Of a stretch of 43,102 nt of DNA, positions 36,413-43,102 are shown piece by piece. Origin of the DNA: Candidatus Nanohaloarchaea archaeon (GTDB lineage: Archaea > Nanohalarchaeota > Nanosalinia > Nanosalinales > Nanosalinaceae); contig JBEQAY010000001.1 in the NCBI GenBank assembly GCA_041640075.1, forward strand, positions 14,845-57,946, in the 5' to 3' direction. The position numbers were made by a program, and so were the translations under genes. The number at the start of each line of letters is the position of its first letter. Within the stretch, counting starts at the first letter, position 1. The notes under the pieces are model-generated. The model did no database searches. It saw only the letters and a program-made list of their open reading frames with translations, and had not been told where the DNA came from.

Positions 36413-37231
36413 TCAATCCTCCTTCTGATTCTCCAGGTATTCGATCATGGTTTTACGGTCCTTGTTGGACTTCTCGGCCTGGATAAGTGCGTCAAAGTCA
36501 GGGCTCTCCATCTCGGAGATCTGATCCTTCGCATCGCCGATTGTCCCGCCTACAACGTCACTGTAGTCGGAACTTTCCTCTGAAGCTTCCTCATCCGTCT
36601 CCTCGTCAGAGGTATCGGTTTCAGAAGACTCTTTGTCTTCGGATTCGGCGTCTTCAACGATTTCTTCCTCGTCAACTTCTTCCTCGATCTGTTCTTTGAC
36701 TTCTTCGATCTCTTCTTCGTCCATATCCTCGAACTGTTCGTGGGCTCCTGACTGTCCGCCCTGCATCTGCTGCATCATCTCTTCCTCTTCGTCTTCTTCG
36801 AGTGCTTCTTCGACTTCTTCGTCGTCTACCTTGATGGATTCGAAGTCTGAAATATCGTACTTGTCCAGTCTGTCCTCTTCTGAAAGGTTAAGGCTCTGGA
36901 TCTGTACGTTTGATGGTCTGAGAGGGATCTGATGTACTGTACCGTCGACGGCTTCTTTTTCTACTCCGTCGATGTAGATCCTCTCGTTTTCTCTGTCAAT
37001 ATTGTTTACGATTCCCTCTGCTCCTTTCCTGTCTCCACGCATTACTTTAACTCGGTCTCCGTTCCTGATTCCGATGTTGCGTGTTCCTAGTTCGTCTCTG
37101 AGGTTGTGTGAAAGGTTTGCTGAGATGAAATTATCTTTTACGTGCTGTGGAGCGTTTTCTCTGTACTTTCTCTGCTTCTGAGGATCTGTGCTTGATTTCC
37201 AGCTTCTGCTCCAGTTTTCTGTCTGCTTCAT
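36413..37231 (-). CDS. rpl24: 50S ribosomal protein uL24 with a long acidic C-terminal extension
   Basis: PQKQRKY, GDRVKVMRG KOW motif and PSNV; then ~150 extra residues. Confidence 0.95.
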   Translation of the reverse strand: MKQTENWSRSWKSSTDPQKQRKYRENAPQHVKDNFISANLSHNLRDELGTRNIGIRNGDRVKVMRGDRKGAEGIVNNIDRENERIYIDGVEKEAVDGTVHQIPLRPSNVQIQSLNLSEEDRLDKYDISDFESIKVDDEEVEEALEEDEEEEMMQQMQGGQSGAHEQFEDMDEEEIEEVKEQIEEEVDEEEIVEDAESEDKESSETDTSDEETDEEASEESSDYSDVVGGTIGDAKDQISEMESPDFDALIQAEKSNKDRKTMIEYLENQKED

Positions 37232-37238
37232 TTTTAGA

Positions 37239-37637
37239 TCACACTACTTTTGAGGCGATTTTTCCTACAGGGCTGAACCTTTGAACTACTTCCTTTGCGA
37301 TAGGTCCTTTGGTTACAGATCCTTTAGGCAGTCCGCCTTCTTCCATCAGGACTGCTGCGTTATCTTCGAATTTTACTCTGAGTCCGCTTGGTCTCTGGAA
37401 CTCCTTTCTCTGTCTTACGATTACTGCGTCAAATACCTGGTGCTTAACTTCCTCATCTCCCTTCAGGATCTTGACAACGACGATGTCGCCAACTCCTGCG
37501 GAGTTTCTACGGCTTCTGCGGCCTTGCTTGCTTTTGATTCCGATTATCTTCAGTTTCTGTGCTCCAGAGTTATCTGCACATGTAAGTTCTGAGCCGATGT
37601 CAAGAGTTCGTGTAATGTTTGATCCTACTGGCTTCAT
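37239..37637 (-). CDS. rpl14: 50S ribosomal protein uL14
   Basis: CADNSGA, AVIVRQRK and FEDNAAV motifs. Confidence 0.98.
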   Translation of the reverse strand: MKPVGSNITRTLDIGSELTCADNSGAQKLKIIGIKSKQGRRSRRNSAGVGDIVVVKILKGDEEVKHQVFDAVIVRQRKEFQRPSGLRVKFEDNAAVLMEEGGLPKGSVTKGPIAKEVVQRFSPVGKIASKVV

Positions 37638-37644
37638 TCTTTGA

Positions 37645-37950
37645 TCATTCCTCGTCTACTTCGATTTCTTCGTCGTCATCGAAAACCTTCATGATGACGT
37701 GGCTCTTGGTTTTTGAGATAGGTCGTGTCTCTCCCACTTTAACCTGATCGCCTTCCTCAAGTTCGACGTCTTCAGGTACGTGGACTGAGATCTTAGTATT
37801 TCTTCTTTCATATCTTTCGAACTTTGGAACTTTCTCAGCGTACTCCCATCTTACGGTTGCTGACTTGTCCATTTTTGTGGATACGACTCTTCCAACGAAA
37901 GTTCCTCCTCTGATCGGGTATTCTGTTTCAATTTCGGATTCTGCACTCAT
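37645..37950 (-). CDS. rps17: 30S ribosomal protein uS17
   Basis: GRVVSTKMDKS, KFERYERR and GETRPISKTK motifs; SD GAGGTGA. Confidence 0.97.
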   Translation of the reverse strand: MSAESEIETEYPIRGGTFVGRVVSTKMDKSATVRWEYAEKVPKFERYERRNTKISVHVPEDVELEEGDQVKVGETRPISKTKSHVIMKVFDDDEEIEVDEE

Positions 37951-37976
37951 TATCTTGGTTCACCTCTAAACAAACT

Positions 37977-38089
37977 TCTCCGCCAGAACTTCAAAGGGAA
38001 TAGACTATGCACTCTACAAAAGTGATTTTTCCATTCACCCCCGAAAGTATCGGTCGCCCGACTTCCAGCGGAAATGACACTCGCGTGTC
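37977..38089 (-). ncRNA. Candidate structured 5' leader RNA of rps17 and the downstream operon
   Basis: Two GCGA-tetraloop hairpins, a 12-bp closing stem and a long interrupted hairpin, folded by eye; G-U pairs work only on the minus strand. Confidence 0.65.
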
Positions 38090-38112
38090 GTAACATCAAA
38101 AGACAAACTAAA

Positions 38113-38122
38113 CCTTAAAAAG
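38113..38122 (-). promoter_or_regulatory. TATA box (TTTTTAAG) for an internal promoter upstream of the rps17 leader
   Basis: About 25 nt upstream of the first leader hairpin. Confidence 0.55.
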
Positions 38123-38142
38123 GGTGTTAATGAAAAAGGTCT

Positions 38143-38427
38143 TCAGTCAAAATCTTCCCAGTTACTTGGTATTTTCATGTCTATACGGTCTTCAGGACGC
38201 TTGGCGATAGTTTTCCCGTTGAGTTCGACTTTTTCTCCTGAAGGTATCTCTATCAGGAATGTGCAGTTCTCTTTTTCGATCTGTTTACCGTCGATTGTGA
38301 GTGTGTCCCGTGTTTCGTCCAGGATCTCGCCCTTGATCCCTTCCTGTGTCGGGTCAGTTGACTCTATTATCTCTGCTTCCAGTCCGATGAGTTCGTGGCG
38401 TGGCAGGTTTTCCGGTGTGATAGGCAT
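38143..38427 (-). CDS. rnp1: Ribonuclease P protein component 1 (Rpp29/POP4)
   Basis: HELIGL, GxILDETRDTL and GxxIAKRPEDR motifs; canonical position before rps17. Confidence 0.95.
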   Translation of the reverse strand: MPITPENLPRHELIGLEAEIIESTDPTQEGIKGEILDETRDTLTIDGKQIEKENCTFLIEIPSGEKVELNGKTIAKRPEDRIDMKIPSNWEDFD

Positions 38428-38473
38428 TGGAAATCCTTTGTTTGAGAAGTCTTATTGAGGTTGGGGAAAATTT

Positions 38474-38998
38474 TCAGTTCCATTCGTTTTCTAGGATTCC
38501 GTACATGTAGAGGTCTTCGTGTTTTCCTTCGTGGTATGCCTGTTCACGTAGTTCTGCTTCTTTCTCAAAGCCGAGTTTCTCCCATATGCTCTGCGATGCT
38601 TCGTTAGTTCCCAGGGCTCTTGCGACAACTTTGTGGACCCGGAGTTCCCTGAAGGCATAGTCTATCATCAGTTCTGATGCTTCTGTTCCGTAGCCGTTTC
38701 CGTGGTGTTCCGGATGTATCCAGAGGCCGAGCTGTTTGACTCCTTGTTCTTTTTCCGGTGAAAGGCTGATCATCCCTATCATTTCTTCTTCGTGGGAGAT
38801 CGCCAGGTTCACTTCTTCGTCACCGCAGATGACCTGTTCAAAAAATTCTCTTTCCTGTTCAAGGTTTGCAGGTTTTGAATGGGAAATATTTGTCCTGATA
38901 TTGGTCAGGTTGTAGGTGTCACGGATGAATTCGATGTCTTCTTCCTCTACAGTTCTGAGGTTGATCTTCTCTCCTTCAAGGAAAACTGCTCCTGGCAT
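38474..38998 (-). CDS. GNAT family N-acetyltransferase (RimJ/RimL type)
   Basis: LGLWIHPEHHGNGYGTEA, NEASxxxWEKLGF and YGILxxEW motifs. Confidence 0.92.
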   Translation of the reverse strand: MPGAVFLEGEKINLRTVEEEDIEFIRDTYNLTNIRTNISHSKPANLEQEREFFEQVICGDEEVNLAISHEEEMIGMISLSPEKEQGVKQLGLWIHPEHHGNGYGTEASELMIDYAFRELRVHKVVARALGTNEASQSIWEKLGFEKEAELREQAYHEGKHEDLYMYGILENEWN

Positions 38999-39080
38999 AC
39001 CTATGTATACGAGATGTAGAATTTAATATCCTATGAGTAAGAGAAATAGAGAGAATAAGTAAATTAGAGAAAAGAGAGAT

Positions 39081-39386
39081 TTACTGGACTTCGATGTTTT
39101 CCTTGTCGAAGCCTTCTTCCGCCAGGACGTCTTTTATCCTGCGTGTGTGGTCTCCCTGTAACTCAATCTGTCCGTCTTTGGCTGTTCCTCCGCATGCAAG
39201 CTTGGATTTAAGGCTGGAGGCAAGTTCGTCGAGATCTATGTCGTCTCCGAGTCCTTCGACGACTGTCATCTCCTTGTTGTAGCTTCGGGAGTCAATCTTG
39301 ACTTTGATTTTTTGCTCGGCTCTCGCCAGAGAATCTGAGATGTCGAGTTCGTCTTCGATTCCGCTGTTGGGATTGATGTCTGACAT
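39081..39386 (-). CDS. sui1: Translation initiation factor SUI1/aIF1 homolog
   Basis: LKSKLACGGT and IELQGDH motifs. Confidence 0.95.
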   Translation of the reverse strand: MSDINPNSGIEDELDISDSLARAEQKIKVKIDSRSYNKEMTVVEGLGDDIDLDELASSLKSKLACGGTAKDGQIELQGDHTRRIKDVLAEEGFDKENIEVQ

Positions 39387-39397
39387 TATAGTATAAT

Positions 39398-39601
39398 CTA
39401 GTTAGAACTTTTCTCGTTTAAAACAGTTTTAATCCGGGCGATGCTTTTCTTCATGTCTGCAAGTTCACCAGGGTTCTCTGCGAAGCCTCCTACTTCGATC
39501 TGACCTCTTTCCTTTACAAGTTCCTTCTGAAGGTCTGTAAGCTGCTGCTGGAGTTCGTCTTCCGTCTTGTCTCTGAGTTCCTGTGTGTCAAGCTTTGTCA
39601 T
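39398..39601 (-). CDS. rpl29: 50S ribosomal protein uL29
   Basis: ELR...ENPG...KKSIARIKTVLNE; operon position. Confidence 0.95.
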   Translation of the reverse strand: MTKLDTQELRDKTEDELQQQLTDLQKELVKERGQIEVGGFAENPGELADMKKSIARIKTVLNEKSSN

Positions 39602-39613
39602 AGATAACCACCT

Positions 39614-40681
39614 TTAACCTTCAACTCTGGTTTCAAGCCAGTCTGTGAAGGTTGTACGGTTTTTGTCGTTTTCTTCTGCTTCGAGAAGTGCCTCGTAGTC
39701 CGGATTATCCAGATCTTCTATTGCGTCTTTAGCATCGCTGATTGTTCCGGATACAATTTCCTCGTACTCTGCCTCTGCTCCTTCACTTTCTTCAGCTTGT
39801 TCTGTATCCTCTACAGGAGGTTCTTCATCAGCTTTGGATTCGTCTTCCTGTTCTTCCTCTGGTTCTTCACTTACTGCTTCTTCTTCGTCTTCAGTTTCTT
39901 CTTTGGATTCGAAGGCGTCTCTTACTTCGTCTACCTCGATGTCTGAGGTTTCGATTGTTTCTCCTCTTTCTTCAATTGCTCTTTCGATTTCACCTGAAGT
40001 CATGTTGTCTGCTTCTTCTATGACGTCTTCAATCCTGGTTGATTTCTCTGCTGCGTCTTCGTCAACCTGTGTCTCGTGGAAGATTTCCTTTTGTACGTCT
40101 TCGATCTTTCTGTGCTGGAACTCTGGAAGTGAGTCCATGATTCGGACTTTGACTCCGATTGCTCCAGGCTTTGTACGTGCAAGTTCGTATGCCTTTGAGA
40201 CGTTGTCTTTTGATGTGTTTCCACATCTCTTTACGTATCCGAATGAGAATTTTTCTGTTCGTCCACGGTTTCCGGAGAGCTTTCCTGTGATCTCTACTTC
40301 TGCTCCGATTACTCCTGCTTCCTTCATTCTGCGGATGTAAGTGTATCCTACTCTTTTGGCGTGACCGCCTTTTTGAAGCCAGTCGGCGATGCTTTTTGCA
40401 ACGACTTTTGCGTTGGCGTCTCCTTCCTCGATCTCGTTGACCTCGATCTGAGGGTTTTCAAGATCGAATGCTTCTTCCATGTCTTCTGTTAGTTCGTTGA
40501 TACGTGATCCTCCACGTCCGATGACCAGTCCTGGTCTCTGTGCGTGGATCACTACTTTTGTGCTTGTAGGTGTACGCACGATATCTGAGTGGCTGTAGCC
40601 TGCTCCTTCAAGTTCCTCTTCTAGGAACTCGTCAAGTCTTACCTTGCGTGCGCCTTTCTGTATGAATTGTTTTTCTTTCAT
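39614..40681 (-). CDS. rps3: 30S ribosomal protein uS3 with a long acidic C-terminal extension
   Basis: RPGLVIGRGG KH motif, GAEVEITGKL and GAIGVKVRIM; then ~165 extra residues. Confidence 0.96.
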   Translation of the reverse strand: MKEKQFIQKGARKVRLDEFLEEELEGAGYSHSDIVRTPTSTKVVIHAQRPGLVIGRGGSRINELTEDMEEAFDLENPQIEVNEIEEGDANAKVVAKSIADWLQKGGHAKRVGYTYIRRMKEAGVIGAEVEITGKLSGNRGRTEKFSFGYVKRCGNTSKDNVSKAYELARTKPGAIGVKVRIMDSLPEFQHRKIEDVQKEIFHETQVDEDAAEKSTRIEDVIEEADNMTSGEIERAIEERGETIETSDIEVDEVRDAFESKEETEDEEEAVSEEPEEEQEDESKADEEPPVEDTEQAEESEGAEAEYEEIVSGTISDAKDAIEDLDNPDYEALLEAEENDKNRTTFTDWLETRVEG

Positions 40682-40694
40682 TCTAGTATACCTC

Positions 40695-41093
40695 TTATTC
40701 TGAAACGAATACTTTGACGTGTGCTGCTTTTGATGTCCTTCCTCTTAGTCTGGAAGGTGTTGCGACTTCTCTCCCCTGGTTGGTGATGACGTTTGAAACG
40801 TTCATCGCGTTCGGGTTGAGTCCCTGATCCTCTCCGTTGCTCTTGGCGGCCTGAACGAGCTCGAGGATTTCTTCGGCTGCCTTTACAGGATAGCCTCCTG
40901 CTTCTCCTCCGCTTCTGTGTCCTGCGTCGGAGTCGAACTTTGTGTATGGGACGTGAAGGTCTTTTTCGATTACTTTCTCAAGCTTGTGCTCGGCTTTGTC
41001 GACGGAGTCTCCCTTGATGAATCGGCCGATCTCTGTGCTGTCCTTCCATGAGATCGGAATGTTTTTGCCGACTGCCTTTGCTTCTTCTGTCAT
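40695..41093 (-). CDS. rpl22: 50S ribosomal protein uL22
   Basis: ISWKDSTEIGRFIKG, VPY and GGYPVKAA motifs. Confidence 0.95.
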   Translation of the reverse strand: MTEEAKAVGKNIPISWKDSTEIGRFIKGDSVDKAEHKLEKVIEKDLHVPYTKFDSDAGHRSGGEAGGYPVKAAEEILELVQAAKSNGEDQGLNPNAMNVSNVITNQGREVATPSRLRGRTSKAAHVKVFVSE

Positions 41094-41108
41094 TACTGAA
41101 GCACCTCT

Positions 41109-41486
41109 TTACTTGAGTGGCACGTGCTTGGATGAACGTGTTGCTCCAAGTCCTGGTGCGCTGTGTGATACTTCTTTACGGGTTTGTGAAAACTCTCCAA
41201 GGTAGTGGCCAAGCATTTCAGGTTCGATCTCTACTTCGATGAATCTCTGTCCGTTGTATACCTGAATTGTCTTGTCGATCATCTTTGGAACTACAATCAT
41301 GTTTCTTTCATGCGTCTTGACGTTGTCTTTTTCTTCAAGATCTTCGAGAAGTTTTTTCTCATCATCTTTGAGTCCTCTCTTGATCTTTCTTCTTCCGTCT
41401 GATGTTAGAAGTTCTGCGAAGTCCTCAAGGTTCATTTCCTTGAGTTCTTCAACTGTCTTTCCTCTGTAAGTAAATTCTTCACTCAT
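41109..41486 (-). CDS. rps19: 30S ribosomal protein uS19
   Basis: FTYRG, KTHERNM, MLGHYLGEF and GATRSSKHVPLK motifs. Confidence 0.98.
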   Translation of the reverse strand: MSEEFTYRGKTVEELKEMNLEDFAELLTSDGRRKIKRGLKDDEKKLLEDLEEKDNVKTHERNMIVVPKMIDKTIQVYNGQRFIEVEIEPEMLGHYLGEFSQTRKEVSHSAPGLGATRSSKHVPLK

Positions 41487-41490
41487 GTTA

Positions 41491-42189
41491 TCATTCCTCC
41501 TTGCTTCCGCTCTGTGATGCGCCTATGTTTCCTACTTTACTTCCTGGGGAAGCGTGCTTGGAAGTTGTCTTAGGCATTCCTGGTTTTGCTGATCCACCGA
41601 ATGGGTGGTCTACTGCGTTCATGGCTACGGCGGAAACCGTTGGGTAAGACTTTCCTTTCGCCTTCATTGCCTTGTGCTTGTTTCCGGCCTTGACGAATGG
41701 TTTGTCCTTTCTTCCTCCTGCTGCTACTTTTCCGACTGTTGCTCTGCATTCTGTGGATAGTTTCTTGAATTCCTTGCTTGGTAGTCGGATTCTTGTTCCG
41801 TCTGCTTCCTGTGTTACGACGAATGCGTATGTTCCGGAAGAGCGGACAAGTTTTCCGCCGTCGTTCGGCTGTGTTTCGATATTATGTATTGGTACTCCTT
41901 CTGGGATCTCTCCTAGAGGAAGTGTGTTTCCTTCTTTGATCTCGGCTTCTACTCCTAGCTGGATTTCCTGTCCTACCTCGATTCCTTCAGGTGCGAGAAT
42001 GTATCTTTCTTCTCCGTCCTGGTACTCTACGAGTGCAACTGGTGCACTTCTTGAAGGATCATGCTGGATATCCTGTACTGTTCCTGTTATTTCTGCGCTC
42101 TTGTGTTCTACCTCGCCTTTACCGTTCTGACTTGCCTGGTAGTTTGGCGAGCCTTTTCCTCTTCTCTGTTGTCTTAGTGGAGATCCCAT
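41491..42189 (-). CDS. rpl2: 50S ribosomal protein uL2
   Basis: QRRGKG, HDPSRSAP, DGGKLVRSSG and AMNAVDHPFGG motifs. Confidence 0.98.
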   Translation of the reverse strand: MGSPLRQQRRGKGSPNYQASQNGKGEVEHKSAEITGTVQDIQHDPSRSAPVALVEYQDGEERYILAPEGIEVGQEIQLGVEAEIKEGNTLPLGEIPEGVPIHNIETQPNDGGKLVRSSGTYAFVVTQEADGTRIRLPSKEFKKLSTECRATVGKVAAGGRKDKPFVKAGNKHKAMKAKGKSYPTVSAVAMNAVDHPFGGSAKPGMPKTTSKHASPGSKVGNIGASQSGSKEE

Positions 42190-42200
42190 GTTAAGTCACC

Positions 42201-42470
42201 TTAAATCATTCCAAGCTCGGTCGCAACATCCATTGCGTCGTCGCTTGGACCTAGTTTTACGTATGCTTTTTTCTCGTTCTGTGGAGTAATCGATGTGTTT
42301 ACTTTTTTAACCGTCACATCAAACAAGAGTTCGACTGCGTCAGCCACCTGATTCTTGTTTGAATCGATGTCGACCTTGAGAACAATCTTGTTCTCCTCGT
42401 CGACCATATCCATTGCCTGCTCTGTGATGTGAGGGTTTTCAATCAGTTCAAGTGCTTTCTGTTCATTCAT
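42201..42470 (-). CDS. rpl23: 50S ribosomal protein uL23
   Basis: PHITEQAM, VKKVNT and KKAYVKL motifs. Confidence 0.96.
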   Translation of the reverse strand: MNEQKALELIENPHITEQAMDMVDEENKIVLKVDIDSNKNQVADAVELLFDVTVKKVNTSITPQNEKKAYVKLGPSDDAMDVATELGMI

Positions 42471-42529
42471 TTTTACGAAAACACCTCAAGTGTTTTCTTG
42501 TAAAACCGAAAATCTTTGATTTTCATTTT
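42466..42529 (-). repeat. Double-hairpin cassette and 17-aa uORF upstream of rpl23
   Basis: Hairpins at 42477-42497 and 42508-42524; AAAATGAA duplicated 56 bp apart; uORF 42526-42473 MKIKDFRFYKKTLEVFS. Confidence 0.8.
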
Positions 42530-42535
42530 GATCAC

Positions 42536-43102
42536 CTAGTGGAAGAGCTCCTCGTCTTCAAGTCTTTCAAGTGCTTTTTCTGTCCAGACGACAAGTCTCC
42601 CTGGCTTTGCTCCCGGCGCCAGCTTCTCTGCGTTAAGCTGGTCGACTACTGAAACTTCTACACCTTGAAGGTTGGAAGCTGCCTGTTTGACGCCGTTATC
42701 TTCTGCAACTACTACCAGAGGACCGACTTTTCTAACGTACTTTCGTCCTCTGTTAGCTCCTCTACCTGATCGGACTTTCTTTTCGCTGACTCTTTCAAGT
42801 TCATCTTCAAGTCCAAGATCTTCGAGCTCTGCCTTCAGTTCCTGTGTCTTCTCGATGTCTGCAAATCCTTCTGTGGTTAGCGGTAGGTCGCCCTCGTAAT
42901 CATGTTTTTTGCTTACAAGTTCTTCGTCAGAAGTAGCTGAGATTGCTGATCTGATCGCTTTTCTTCTTTCCTTCCTGTTGATGTCTTCTGAGAAGTCTTT
43001 CTCTGCTTTCGGTGGGTGAGCTCTTCGTCCTCCAACCGTGTTTGGAGATTCTGCTCCAACCCAGTAGAACTGTTCTCCACGGGCCAGAAGTGCTTTCCTT
43101 GG
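42536..43102 (-). CDS. rpl4: 50S ribosomal protein uL4, partial (5' end outside the window; absent from the ORF track)
   Basis: Frame reads PRKALLARGEQFYWVGAESPNTVGGRRAHPPK...LAPG...PGRL to a TAG at 42536-42538. Confidence 0.95.
   Translation of the reverse strand, partial: PRKALLARGEQFYWVGAESPNTVGGRRAHPPKAEKDFSEDINRKERRKAIRSAISATSDEELVSKKHDYEGDLPLTTEGFADIEKTQELKAELEDLGLEDELERVSEKKVRSGRGANRGRKYVRKVGPLVVVAEDNGVKQAASNLQGVEVSVVDQLNAEKLAPGAKPGRLVVWTEKALERLEDEELFH

Noticed and set aside
35011..37950. N-terminal extension of uS14, and uS17 lacking its N-terminal Cys motif
   Set aside because: Minor length and zinc-ligand variation is common in r-proteins; no further supporting signal
37977..38089. 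RNase P RNA, SRP RNA, 5S rRNA or hammerhead identity for the structured region next to rnp1
   Set aside because: Too short for RNase P or archaeal SRP RNA; lacks the RNase P P4 GAGGAAAGUCC, SRP helix-8, 5S CCGAAC and hammerhead CUGAUGA signatures

Overview
Chromosomal window from a small-genome halophilic archaeon. The very acidic proteins, archaeal r-protein set, compact spacing and DPANN-type lipoproteins suggest Nanohaloarchaeota (inference). It has three parts. (1) 1-14.6 kb: minus-strand uncharacterised membrane and surface genes, including a ~2,019-aa protein with 15 tandem Cys-pair repeats; four promoters here share a palindrome, TGTTA-N8-TAACA. (2) 14.6-29 kb: housekeeping genes (Trm5-family, dph5, DUF357, DUF63, pelota, HtrA, tRNA-Ser(GGA), a methyltransferase, cbf5) mixed with three paralogous lipoproteins and a related 949-aa membrane protein. 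(3) 29-43.1 kb: the S10/spc ribosomal cluster from rpl4 to secY and DUF106. Best leads: 55-59-bp double-hairpin inserts flanked by duplicated gene starts at rpl23, rpl30 and tRNA-Ser; the four-site operator regulon; a structured three-way-junction RNA leader before rps17; and a homologous ~50-aa domain appended to both uL24 and uS3. All calls were made by eye from the sequence; no searches or folding programs were run.
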